DNA of 64,000 nucleotides, from positions 96,001 to 160,000 of the forward strand of contig CAVUDW010000003.1 of NCBI GenBank assembly GCA_963740355.1, in the 5' to 3' direction. Position 1 is the stretch's first letter; each line of letters starts with the position of its first letter. This document shows positions 1 to 8,492 of the stretch, piece after piece. This DNA is from an uncultured Gemmatimonadaceae bacterium. Its GTDB lineage: Bacteria > Gemmatimonadota > Gemmatimonadetes > Gemmatimonadales > Gemmatimonadaceae. Below the pieces are notes generated by a model. That model made no database searches. It saw only the letters and a program-made list of their open reading frames with translations, and had not been told where the DNA came from. Both the position numbers and the translations under genes were made by a program.

Positions 1-86
1 AGGTCGTCGGCGCGCACCTCGCTCAATTGGCCGCCAAGACTTCCAATGGCAGTGCGGAGGCCGTCAATGATGAAAGCGTCTGTCAT
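1..86 (-). CDS. paaJ: N-terminal fragment of 3-oxoadipyl-CoA/3-oxo-5,6-didehydrosuberyl-CoA thiolase (PaaJ/PcaF); runs off the window edge
   Basis: Reverse strand reads MTDAFIIDGLRTAIGSLGGQLSEVRADD, a typical thiolase N-terminus; ATGA overlap with the paaI stop; paa context. Confidence 0.8.
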   Translation of the reverse strand, partial: MTDAFIIDGLRTAIGSLGGQLSEVRADD

Positions 87-571
87 GATGCTGAGGCTGG
101 GTCAGGTGCGACGGGATGCGCCTTGCGGGTGCGATACACCGTGCCGCGAAAGAGTGCGACGACGGTACCATGCTGATTGCACACCGTCACGCGATAGAAG
201 CCGAGCCGGCCGCTGGAGGCGTCTTCCTCGGCAGTGGCGGTGAGATCGTCGTTCACATGAATCGGCGCCGGATACGCGATCTGGTTGTCCACTGCCACGG
301 TCACGAACTCGCCGCTGTTGCAGGCGAAGGCCATCGCACTGTCGGCAAAGGCAAACACGATGCCGCCATGCGAGGCACCGAAGCCATTCACCATGTCGGG
401 GCGCACGTGCATCTGCAGGACGCAGTGCCCTGGCCGCACGGATACCAGAGTGACGCCGAGCCAGCGGCTGAAGGCGTCGGTTGCAAGCATCTGCTCGGTG
501 ATTTCGCGCGCACGTGTCACAGCTGGCGCAGCCACGTCGGTGGACGCCTGCTCCTTCGCGCCACCTGTCAT
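83..571 (-). CDS. paaI: Hotdog-fold (hydroxy)phenylacetyl-CoA thioesterase PaaI
   Basis: DAFSRWLG, NGFGASHGGIVFAFADSAMAFACNS and LFRGTVYR motifs; overlaps paaH and paaJ. Confidence 0.9.
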   Translation of the reverse strand: MTGGAKEQASTDVAAPAVTRAREITEQMLATDAFSRWLGVTLVSVRPGHCVLQMHVRPDMVNGFGASHGGIVFAFADSAMAFACNSGEFVTVAVDNQIAYPAPIHVNDDLTATAEEDASSGRLGFYRVTVCNQHGTVVALFRGTVYRTRKAHPVAPDPASAS

Positions 572-1752
572 GCGAGCAGTCGCTCGCCAGTGATGACGCG
601 GCGGCGCAGTAGTACACTGGCCCGATACCGATCCTCACCATATTCGCTGTGCAGCTCATCCAACCGTCGGAGCACGACGCTGGCGCCGATCTCGTCACCC
701 CAGGCCAGCAATCCACGTGGGTAGTTGACGCCCTTGGTCATCGACAGTTCGATGTCGGCGGCAGACGCGATCCTGAGGTACAGCGCCTCGACCGCCTCGT
801 TCACCAGCATCGCAAGCACACGATCCACGACCTGCGCGCCGAGTACCGGATCGCGCGTTGGTTCCGGCTTGGCGGCACCGTCGCGATAGTCGTAGAAGCC
901 TCGCTGGCGCTTGCGTCCCCAGAAGCCTGCGTCAACCAATCGCTGCTGGGTAATCGACGGCCGGTACCGCGGATCCTGGAAAAAGCCTGCGTAGACGCTT
1001 TGCGTGACGGCGAAGTTGATGTCGTGGCCGATGAAGTCCATCAGCTCGAACGGCCCCATGCGGAAGCCGGCGAGTTCGCGCAGGGCCCAGTCAATGGTCG
1101 GTACGTCAGCGATGCCTTCTTCGAGAATGCGCAACGACTCACCATAAAATGGTCGGGCGATGCGATTGACGATGAAACCCGGTGTGTCGCGCGCCACGAC
1201 CGTCACCTTCTTCCACGAATCGACGAGCGAGCGGGCGCGCACGAGCACATCCTCGGCGGTCGTGATCGAGGGAATGATCTCCACCAGCGGCATGGCGACA
1301 GCCGGGTTGAAGAAGTGAATCCCGATCACACGCTCCTGTCGGCGACACTTGCCAGCGATTGCCGCGACGGGCAGCGACGACGTGTTGGTGGCGAGGATGC
1401 AGTGATCGTCCACTTCGCCTTCGAGGGCCGCGAAGAGCGTCGTCTTGACCGCGAGGACTTCTGCCACCGCCTCGATCACCAATCCACACGCGGCGAACGC
1501 GGCATATCCCGCGCCGAGCTCGCCCGCATCGGAGATTCGCGCGAGGGTTGCGTCAGCGGTCGCCTGATCGATCCGACCCTTCGCGACGTCATTCGCAAGG
1601 CCGGCAGCAATACCGGCACGTGCACGCGCCACCGCGTCAGCCGCGACGTCCCCCAGAATAACGGTGTGCCCCGACGCCGCCGCGACCTGTGCAATGCCGC
1701 TCCCCATTGCACCAGCGCCGATCACACCGACGATCATGCGTTCCTCTACCAT
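568..1752 (-). CDS. paaH: 3-hydroxyacyl-CoA (3-hydroxyadipyl-CoA) dehydrogenase PaaH, short form
   Basis: GAGAMGSGIA Rossmann, LATNTSS, GIHFFNP, PGFIVNR and GFRMGPF motifs; ATG at 1752 overlaps the paaG stop (TGATG). Confidence 0.9.
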   Translation of the reverse strand: MVEERMIVGVIGAGAMGSGIAQVAAASGHTVILGDVAADAVARARAGIAAGLANDVAKGRIDQATADATLARISDAGELGAGYAAFAACGLVIEAVAEVLAVKTTLFAALEGEVDDHCILATNTSSLPVAAIAGKCRRQERVIGIHFFNPAVAMPLVEIIPSITTAEDVLVRARSLVDSWKKVTVVARDTPGFIVNRIARPFYGESLRILEEGIADVPTIDWALRELAGFRMGPFELMDFIGHDINFAVTQSVYAGFFQDPRYRPSITQQRLVDAGFWGRKRQRGFYDYRDGAAKPEPTRDPVLGAQVVDRVLAMLVNEAVEALYLRIASAADIELSMTKGVNYPRGLLAWGDEIGASVVLRRLDELHSEYGEDRYRASVLLRRRVITGERLLA

Positions 1753-2543
1753 CAGCGCCCCTCGAACGTCGGCTTCCGCTTCTCGACGAAGGCGCGCACA
1801 CCCTCGGCGTAGTCGGCCGTGCGTCCGGCTTCGCGCTGCAACCCCTCCTCGAGATCGAGCTGCTCGTCGAGCGAGTTGGCGAATGACGCGTTCAAGCCGC
1901 GCTTCGAGAGCGCAATACCGCGCGTCGGCATCGTGGCGAGACGTTGCGCGAGCGCAAAGGTTCGCTCGTGCAGCTCGGCGTCTGGCACCACGTCGACGAC
2001 CAATCCCCATGCCTTCGCGTCGGACGCGAGCAGCTTGTCGCCCAGCATGGTGAGGAACGCCGCTCGCTGCAGGCCGACGATGCGGGGCAGGATGAACGTG
2101 CCGCCCCCGTCAGGAATGAGGCCGATCTTGGCGAAGCTCTGGATGAACGAGGCACTTTCACCTGCGATCGTGATGTCGCAGGCGAATGCGAGATTGGCAC
2201 CGGCGCCGGCCGCAACACCATTCACCGCGCACACGACAGGCTTGTCGAGTGTTCGGATGGCGCGGATGATCGGGTTGTAGTAGCGACGGATGATGTCGCC
2301 GAGGTCGGGCATCACACCGTCGTCGCCCGGCAATACGGCCGCGAGGTCCTGTCCCGCACAGAACGCGCGACCAGAGGCGGCGATCAGGACGGCGCGCACC
2401 GTCGCATCTGTCGCAGCCTGTTGCAACGCGTCGATCAACGCATCGGCCATTTCGCCGTTGAAGCTGTTGAGGACTTGCGGGCGGTTGAGCGTGATGGTGA
2501 GGACGCCATCGCGTTGCTGCAGCAGAATCGGGGCAGATTCCAT
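1752..2543 (-). CDS. paaG: 2-(1,2-epoxy-1,2-dihydrophenyl)acetyl-CoA isomerase PaaG (crotonase fold)
   Basis: FCAGQDL, YNPIIRAI, GAGANLA and GLIPDGGGT (catalytic Asp), C-terminal EKRKPTFEGR; start chosen at MESAPILL. Confidence 0.9.
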   Translation of the reverse strand: MESAPILLQQRDGVLTITLNRPQVLNSFNGEMADALIDALQQAATDATVRAVLIAASGRAFCAGQDLAAVLPGDDGVMPDLGDIIRRYYNPIIRAIRTLDKPVVCAVNGVAAGAGANLAFACDITIAGESASFIQSFAKIGLIPDGGGTFILPRIVGLQRAAFLTMLGDKLLASDAKAWGLVVDVVPDAELHERTFALAQRLATMPTRGIALSKRGLNASFANSLDEQLDLEEGLQREAGRTADYAEGVRAFVEKRKPTFEGR

Positions 2544-2723
2544 CGGGTGGCCGACTGGACGTGAAGCAGGGGCAGCGTGCGCCAGGATCTCGAGACAGGC
2601 AGAACGCTGCGGCAGCGTGGAATATACCGATGTGCAACGGGGGCGACCGATGCCTCCCATTCGGCTCTGCGGGGCACCACATTTGAGGCGCTTGCAGTCC
2701 GGCCGCCCCCTTCCCGCTCAGTG

Positions 2724-4853
2724 ATGCACGACGCTAACTCGCACGACCACTTCGAACCCGTTGGGTGGCCGGTCGACACACGCTTCGACTGGCGGCGGAT
2801 TGCGTATCACGCCCTGGCATCGCGTGCGCTCGACGACCTCGAGGAGACCACCAACCGCAACCGCACCTCCGTGCCGCGGGAGCATCTGGTGCTCTACCAG
2901 TTCTCGGCGCGTGGGCACGATGTCGGCCAGAGCATCCTCGGATCGCTGCTTGGGCATCCGCACGACGGTGTCGGCGCCTACTATCGATCGCGCCCGCTGT
3001 TGCTCTCCCTTGGTCTGTCGATCGACGACGCGCATGGCAGCCCACTCGGCCGCGCCGGCGGCTTCAGCGATGGCCGCGACATTGGAGTGGTCTGCAATCG
3101 ACCGGGATGGAACGGCGCCACGGTGCTGCCGATGGCAGGTGATGTCGGGGCACAGTTCACGCCCGCGATCGGCTGGGCGCAGGCGATCGCGTATCGTCGC
3201 CACGAATTGGCTGACGAGTCGTACACCGGCGCACTGGCAGTCGCTCTCGGGGGTGATGCGAGTGTCGCCACGAGCGGTTTCTGGTCGGCGCTGACGATCG
3301 CAACCACGCTTCGCCTGCCGATGCTGTTCTACATCGAGGACAATGGACTCGGTATCTCGGTGCGCAGCGACATGCAGACACCGGGTGGGGACATTGCGTC
3401 CAATCTGGCGTCGTTCGGCAACCTCTTCCTGCGCAACGGCGACGGCTGCAATCCGGCCGAAGCCGCCGAGTGCATTGCCGATTGTGTGACACATGTGCGG
3501 AATGGCCTCGGTCCGGCCCTCGTCCGGCTGACGGTGCCTCGCCTGAGCAGTCATTCCGGGCCAGACAATCAGCGTGGGTATCGGACGGATGAGGAGATCG
3601 AGGCCGACACGGCGCGCGATCCGCTGCCGCGTTTGAAGGCGCATCTGGTCCCAGCGTTCATGTCCGTCGACGAATGGACCGCGCTGGAACACGAAGTGGC
3701 GACCGCCGTGGAATCCGGGGTGGCGGGTGCGCGGGCGCGCGGTGCTCCAGATGCTGCCGATGTGCGCCGGTTCGTGTACGAGGAGGCGCCACGGGCGGGT
3801 GACGCACCAACCTTCGGTGGCCTCACCCGCGAGGAACGCGGAACCCTGCCGTCGACGGAGCACGCCTCCAGCGACGGCGACGTGATGCGGCTGGCCGAGG
3901 CAATTCGCCGAACCCTGGCGACGGAGCTGGCACTCAATCCGAAGGTGGTCGTGTTCGGCGAAGACGTCGGCCGCAAAGGCGGCGTGCATCTGGTGACCGA
4001 AGGGTTGCAGAAGCGGTTCGGCGGCGAGCGAGTGTTCGACACCAGCCTGTCGGAAGAAGGAATCATTGGACGCGCAGTGGGCATGGCCGTGAATGGGCTG
4101 ATGCCTGTCGCCGAAATCCAGTTCCGGAAGTATGCCGATCCGGCGCACGAGCAGTTGAACAACTGCGGCACCATGCGCTGGCGCACGGCGAATCAGTTTG
4201 CAGCGCCGATCGTGGTCCGCATGCCCGGTGGTTTCGGCAAGGATGTCGGGGACCCGTGGCACTCGCTCTCTGGCGAAGTGACGTGGGCGCATGCAGTCGG
4301 GTGGCAGGTCGCCATGCCTTCGAATGCAGCCGACGCGGTGGGGCTGCTGCGGGCGGCGATGCGCAGCGGCAATCCGACGATCTTCTTCGAGCACCGGTCG
4401 CTGCTCATGACCAGCGACGGCAGTGCGCGGTACCCGGGTGACGAATACGTCCTGCCATTCGGTCGCGCGAACCGGCTGCGCGAGGGTAGCGACCTGACCG
4501 TCGTGACATGGGGGGCGATGGTGCACCGCTGCACCGACGCCGCGGATCGTTTCGACGGGCGAATCGATCTGCTCGACCTTCGTACCATTGCGCCGTGGGA
4601 CAGGACGGCGGTGCTGGAGTCTGTCTCACGCACGGGAAAGTGCCTGATCGTGCATGAAGACACGCTGACCGCAGGCTTCGGTGCGGAGATCGCCGCAGTA
4701 CTGTCGCAGGAGGCGTTCTGGATGCTCGACGCTCCGGTGGAGCGGCTGGCTGTGCAGGACGTGCCGATGCCGTACCACGAGAATCTGTTGAGCGCGGTGC
4801 TGCCGGATGCCGATCGCATTGCGCATCGTATCGACGTGCTGCTGAAGACCTGA
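2724..4853 (+). CDS. Fused alpha/beta E1 component of a 2-oxoacid dehydrogenase (TPP-dependent)
   Basis: Alpha part has YYRSR and a TPP motif GGDAS...EDN; beta part has FGEDVG, FDTSLSE, EIQF, FFEHR and IDLLDLRT, all in one ORF. Confidence 0.85.
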   Translation: MHDANSHDHFEPVGWPVDTRFDWRRIAYHALASRALDDLEETTNRNRTSVPREHLVLYQFSARGHDVGQSILGSLLGHPHDGVGAYYRSRPLLLSLGLSIDDAHGSPLGRAGGFSDGRDIGVVCNRPGWNGATVLPMAGDVGAQFTPAIGWAQAIAYRRHELADESYTGALAVALGGDASVATSGFWSALTIATTLRLPMLFYIEDNGLGISVRSDMQTPGGDIASNLASFGNLFLRNGDGCNPAEAAECIADCVTHVRNGLGPALVRLTVPRLSSHSGPDNQRGYRTDEEIEADTARDPLPRLKAHLVPAFMSVDEWTALEHEVATAVESGVAGARARGAPDAADVRRFVYEEAPRAGDAPTFGGLTREERGTLPSTEHASSDGDVMRLAEAIRRTLATELALNPKVVVFGEDVGRKGGVHLVTEGLQKRFGGERVFDTSLSEEGIIGRAVGMAVNGLMPVAEIQFRKYADPAHEQLNNCGTMRWRTANQFAAPIVVRMPGGFGKDVGDPWHSLSGEVTWAHAVGWQVAMPSNAADAVGLLRAAMRSGNPTIFFEHRSLLMTSDGSARYPGDEYVLPFGRANRLREGSDLTVVTWGAMVHRCTDAADRFDGRIDLLDLRTIAPWDRTAVLESVSRTGKCLIVHEDTLTAGFGAEIAAVLSQEAFWMLDAPVERLAVQDVPMPYHENLLSAVLPDADRIAHRIDVLLKT

Positions 4854-4870
4854 TGCGCCGCTGACAGACT

Positions 4871-4955
4871 TCTGATCGCACGCTGCAACCGTACACTGCA
4901 ACCGTACACGCGTCGATCTGCCTGTGTGTTGCAGACGCCGCAGGGCGCGATCAGA
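4871..4955. repeat. Tandem 13-bp repeat (CTGCAACCGTACA x2, 4883-4908) within an imperfect inverted repeat between convergent genes
   Basis: TCTGATCGC (4871) pairs with GCGATCAGA (4947); CTGCAAC pairs with GTTGCAG (4928); probably a bidirectional terminator-like structure. Confidence 0.5.
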
Positions 4956-5466
4956 TCGCCTTGAACTCCTCGAACGGCTGCCGACAGCTTCGGCACCAGC
5001 AGAGCGACTTGCAGGCGGTGCTGCCGAATTCGCTGCGGATCTCCGTTTCGAAGGAGTCGCAGAAGGGGCACTGCACCGAAGGTCGAGCGCGCATCAACTG
5101 CACCAGGCCGCCGGACTCGGCGCGGCCTGGCGGTGCGATGCCATACGCTTTCAATCGGGCGCGCGCGTCGGGGCTGATCCAGTCGGTCGTCCAGGGCGGC
5201 GAAAACGTCGTCTTCACCGACACCGGCGAAATCCCCGCCGCGTCGAGGGCGGCCGTGATGTCATTCTCGATCACGAGAATCGCAGGGCAACCAGAATACG
5301 TCGGTGTCACTGTGACCGTGACGCCACCATCAGCATCCACCTCGACCTCGCGTACGATGCCGAGGTCGCGGACGCTGAGCACCGGCACCTCGGGATCCTT
5401 CACTGTATCGAGGATCGAGAGGACCTCGTCGCGCGTCGGCACCGCCGGTCGCGGACCCGCTACCAC
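4951..5466 (-). CDS. paaD: Phenylacetyl-CoA epoxidase subunit PaaD
   Basis: DPEVPVLSVRDLG, TPTYSGCPA, PWTTDW, CPFC and FGSTACKS...CRSCRQPFEEFK; GTG start overlaps the paaC end. Confidence 0.9.
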   Translation of the reverse strand: MVAGPRPAVPTRDEVLSILDTVKDPEVPVLSVRDLGIVREVEVDADGGVTVTVTPTYSGCPAILVIENDITAALDAAGISPVSVKTTFSPPWTTDWISPDARARLKAYGIAPPGRAESGGLVQLMRARPSVQCPFCDSFETEIRSEFGSTACKSLCWCRSCRQPFEEFKAI

Positions 5467-6260
5467 TTCGCGCCCGGATGCGAGCGGGCCACGATCTGCA
5501 TCTCGGCGAGCAGGTGGCCGAGGTGCTCGGAATGTGCACCCTGTCGTGCGGTGCGACCGGCGCGCAGCGGCACATCGGCCGGCACTGTGAGCGTGGCGCG
5601 TTCGCAGACATCGCGAACGATTGCGCTCCATTGCACGTGCAGCGCCAGCGGTTCCGGTGCAAGCCCATCGGCAATCGCGAGACGATCGATCTCGTCGGTG
5701 GCGAACAGTTCCGGCGTGAAGCGCCACAGACCATCGAGTGCGCGCTGCATCCGCTGGTGACTCTCCTCGGTGCCATCACCGAGCTTGAGCATCCAGTCAC
5801 CGCTATGGCGCACATGATACTTCGCTTCCTTCAGCGACTTGGCCGCGATCGCGGCCAGCTCCGGATGTGTGCTGCGGGTGAGCGCATCGAGCGCAACCAC
5901 CGCATACACATCGTAGAGGAACTGCCGGACGATGGTGACGGCGAAATCGCCGTTCGGCTGCTCGACCAGCAGGCAGTTGCGGAACTGCGTTTCATCGCGG
6001 AAATAGGCGAGCGCATCCTCATCACGCCCCTTCCCTTCGGCCTCGCCCGCCAGGCGAAGGAACATCGTGGCCTGGCCGATCAGGTCGAGTGCGACATTCG
6101 CGAGCGCGATGTCTTCCTCGAGAATCGGGCCATGGCCACACCACTCACTGACACGATGGCCGAGCACGAGGCGATCGTCGCCGAGGCGCAGGAGCACCTC
6201 GAACAGCACGTTGGGGGGCGTCGGTGGTGCCGGGACGACTGAGAACTGTGGAGCGGTCAT
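5460..6260 (-). CDS. paaC: Phenylacetyl-CoA epoxidase subunit PaaC
   Basis: RLGDDRLVLGHRVSEWCGHGPILEEDIAL, LVEQPNGDFA and HSEHLGHLLAEMQ...HPGAKW. Confidence 0.95.
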   Translation of the reverse strand: MTAPQFSVVPAPPTPPNVLFEVLLRLGDDRLVLGHRVSEWCGHGPILEEDIALANVALDLIGQATMFLRLAGEAEGKGRDEDALAYFRDETQFRNCLLVEQPNGDFAVTIVRQFLYDVYAVVALDALTRSTHPELAAIAAKSLKEAKYHVRHSGDWMLKLGDGTEESHQRMQRALDGLWRFTPELFATDEIDRLAIADGLAPEPLALHVQWSAIVRDVCERATLTVPADVPLRAGRTARQGAHSEHLGHLLAEMQIVARSHPGAKW

Positions 6261-6586
6261 AGGACTCGAACGCCGCGAGGCACCTTGTAGAACTGCGGGT
6301 GTCGATAGGCCTTGTCGGCCCCCGGATCGAAGAACGGTCCGTTGTCACCGGGGCTGGAGGCCGTGATGGCCGCCGCGGGCACGACCCAGAGTGAAATCAC
6401 GCCACCGCGGCGCGCGTAGACGTCGCGCGCATTCTGCAGCGCCTGCTCGTGATCGACCGCGTGCAACGATCCCGCATGTTCGTGCGGCGCTCCCTGCTCC
6501 GTCTGCGTAAACACTTCCCACAAAGGCCACTGGCCGTCAGCGGGAATCGCCTGCGCCTGTGCACCCAGATCCGAGTTGCTGCTCAT
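6257..6586 (-). CDS. paaB: Phenylacetyl-CoA epoxidase subunit PaaB
   Basis: WPLWEVF, HAGSLHA, NARDVYARR, WVVP and DKAYRHPQFY. Confidence 0.9.
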   Translation of the reverse strand: MSSNSDLGAQAQAIPADGQWPLWEVFTQTEQGAPHEHAGSLHAVDHEQALQNARDVYARRGGVISLWVVPAAAITASSPGDNGPFFDPGADKAYRHPQFYKVPRGVRVL

Positions 6587-6605
6587 GCCTGCTCCCCGGC
6601 GAGGT

Positions 6606-7583
6606 TCACGCCGCCACCGATGATCCGCTGTCGCGCTTCTTGCTGGCGTACGCCATGGCTGCTTCACGCACCCACGCGCCGTCACGCTCGGCCGCGCGCC
6701 GCTTCTCGAGCCGTTCCAGGTTGCACTGTCCATTGCCGCGCACGACTTGATGGAACTCATCCCAGTCGATGGCGCCGAACTCCCAGTTCTCGGTCTCCTC
6801 GTTGTAGCGGAGATCGGGATCGGGCAACGTCAAGCCGACAGCGGCAGCCTGTGGCACCGTGAGGTTGATGAAGCGCTGGCGCAGCTCGTCGTTCGACTTC
6901 TTCTTCACGCCCCAGCGCATCAACTCCGCAGAGTTCGGCGAGTCCTTGTCGCTTGGGCCGAACATCATCAAGGCCGGCCACCAGAAGCGATTCACCGCAT
7001 CCTGCACCATCGCCTTCTGCGCTGGCGTGCCGGCGGCGAGCACCGACACCATCTCGTAGCCCTGGCGCTTGTGGAAATTTTCTTCCTTGCAGATGCGAAT
7101 CATCGCGCGCGCGTACGGGCCGTACGACGCCTTCGCGAGAATGGTCTGGTTCACGATCGCTGCGCCATCCACCAGCCACCCGATGACACCCATGTCCGCC
7201 CAGGAGAGCGTCGGATAGTTGAAGATGCTCGAGTACTTGGCGCGGCCATCGAGCAGCTGTGCCAGAATCTCCGTGCGATCGACGCCAAGCGTCTCGACAC
7301 CGCAGTAGATGTAGAGGCCATGGCCCGCTTCATCCTGCACCTTGGCGAGTAGGCCGACCTTTCGGCGCAGCGACGGCGCGCGGGTGATCCAGTTGCCTTC
7401 GGGGAGCATGCCGACGATCTCGGAGTGCGCGTGCTGCGACATCATCCGGATCAATTGCTTGCGATACCGCTCCGGCATCCAGTCTTTCGGCTCGATGCTT
7501 TCACCGTTGGCGATCCGGTCTTCGAAGGCGGCGATCGCCGCCGGATCCTCGGCCGTTGTGTCGATGGCGCGTGTCTGAGTCAT
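6606..7583 (-). CDS. paaA: Phenylacetyl-CoA epoxidase catalytic di-iron subunit PaaA
   Basis: [34 protein letters not shown] and CKEENFH; start at MTQTRAID. Confidence 0.95.
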   Translation of the reverse strand: MTQTRAIDTTAEDPAAIAAFEDRIANGESIEPKDWMPERYRKQLIRMMSQHAHSEIVGMLPEGNWITRAPSLRRKVGLLAKVQDEAGHGLYIYCGVETLGVDRTEILAQLLDGRAKYSSIFNYPTLSWADMGVIGWLVDGAAIVNQTILAKASYGPYARAMIRICKEENFHKRQGYEMVSVLAAGTPAQKAMVQDAVNRFWWPALMMFGPSDKDSPNSAELMRWGVKKKSNDELRQRFINLTVPQAAAVGLTLPDPDLRYNEETENWEFGAIDWDEFHQVVRGNGQCNLERLEKRRAAERDGAWVREAAMAYASKKRDSGSSVAA

Positions 7584-7588
7584 GCCTG

Positions 7589-7646
7589 AATCTACCGGAG
7601 GTGCACAGGTGGACAATGGACGCCCCGGTGGGCCGGGGTGTAGTTT
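7589..7646. promoter_or_regulatory. Back-to-back sigma70-like promoters, probably producing leaderless mRNAs for paaA and the crotonase
   Basis: Minus strand TTGTCC-N16-TAGATT, 5 nt before the paaA ATG; plus strand TGGACG-N18-TAGTTT, 6 nt before ATG 7653; no SD on either side. Confidence 0.45.
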
Positions 7647-7652
7647 CGCCGC

Positions 7653-8441
7653 ATGGAAAATAGGACTCTGGTACGAACTGAAGCCGTGGCCGGTGGCGAA
7701 GTCTCGGTTGCGTTTGCGAACGGCGTGGCGACCATCCGTTTTTCGCATCCCAAGGGCAACTCTCTGCCGGGTGCACTGCTGCAGCACCTCGCCCGGACGA
7801 TTACCGACGTCGGGCAACACCCGGACGTCACCGTGATCGTGCTGGGCAGCGGCGGCACAGGTCCCTTCTGCGCCGGCGCCTCCTTCGAGGAACTGGTGAA
7901 GATTGCAACGCCCGAGGAAGGCGAAGAGTTCTTCAGCGGCTTTTCGCAGGTCATCCTGGCCATGATCCGGACCCCGCAATTCGTCATCGTGCGCGTCCAT
8001 GGGCGGACCGCAGGTGGCGGGATCGGCATCGCGGCTGCTGGGGACTACACCATGGCGAGCCGGAACGTTTCGGTGAAGTTGAGCGAATTGGCGGTCGGGA
8101 TCGGGCCGTTCGTCGTTGGGCCAGTCATTGCGCGTCGTGTCGGCATGGGGCCGTTCATGGCGATGTCGGTGGACGCAGACTGGCGTGACGCATCGTGGTG
8201 CGAACACCATGGCCTCTTTGCGCGCGTGTTTGACGACGTCGCTTCGCTGGACGCGGGCATCGACGCGCTTTCGCGCACGCTCTCGACCTCGAATCCGGAA
8301 GCGATGCGGCTCATGAAGGGGGTCGCGTGGCAGGGCACGGAAGACTGGGATTCGCTGCTTGCCGAACGCGCGCGCATGAGCGGCACCCTGGTGCTGTCCG
8401 ACTTCACGCGACAGGCGATCGCGAAGTTCAACGCCAAGTAG
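7653..8441 (+). CDS. Enoyl-CoA hydratase/isomerase family protein
   Basis: [22 protein letters not shown] and [10 protein letters not shown] crotonase motifs; only one of the two usual catalytic Glu. Confidence 0.85.
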   Translation: MENRTLVRTEAVAGGEVSVAFANGVATIRFSHPKGNSLPGALLQHLARTITDVGQHPDVTVIVLGSGGTGPFCAGASFEELVKIATPEEGEEFFSGFSQVILAMIRTPQFVIVRVHGRTAGGGIGIAAAGDYTMASRNVSVKLSELAVGIGPFVVGPVIARRVGMGPFMAMSVDADWRDASWCEHHGLFARVFDDVASLDAGIDALSRTLSTSNPEAMRLMKGVAWQGTEDWDSLLAERARMSGTLVLSDFTRQAIAKFNAK

Positions 8442-8445
8442 TCCG

Positions 8446-8481
8446 CGTCGGCCCGGTGTTTAACACGACATCGGGCCGACG
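8446..8481. terminator. Hairpin between convergent genes
   Basis: CGTCGGCCCGGTGT / ACATCGGGCCGACG 14-bp stem with one G-U. Confidence 0.65.
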
Positions 8482-8492
8482 GTCGCTCGCGG

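Noticed and set aside
649..4526. Long opposite-strand ORFs (for example 649-1812 + and 2718-4526 -, and similar ones throughout the window)
   Set aside because: Shadow ORFs typical of high-GC DNA, lying antisense to well-supported genes
4883..4908. Short direct repeats (here and at 37931-37958) as CRISPR or IS remnants
   Set aside because: Only two copies, no spacers, and no cas or transposase genes
6606..8210. Extended N-termini in the ORF track for paaA, paaH, paaD, cheB, the MCP and the M28 peptidase
   Set aside because: The extensions overlap neighbouring genes or lack family similarity; downstream starts were chosen
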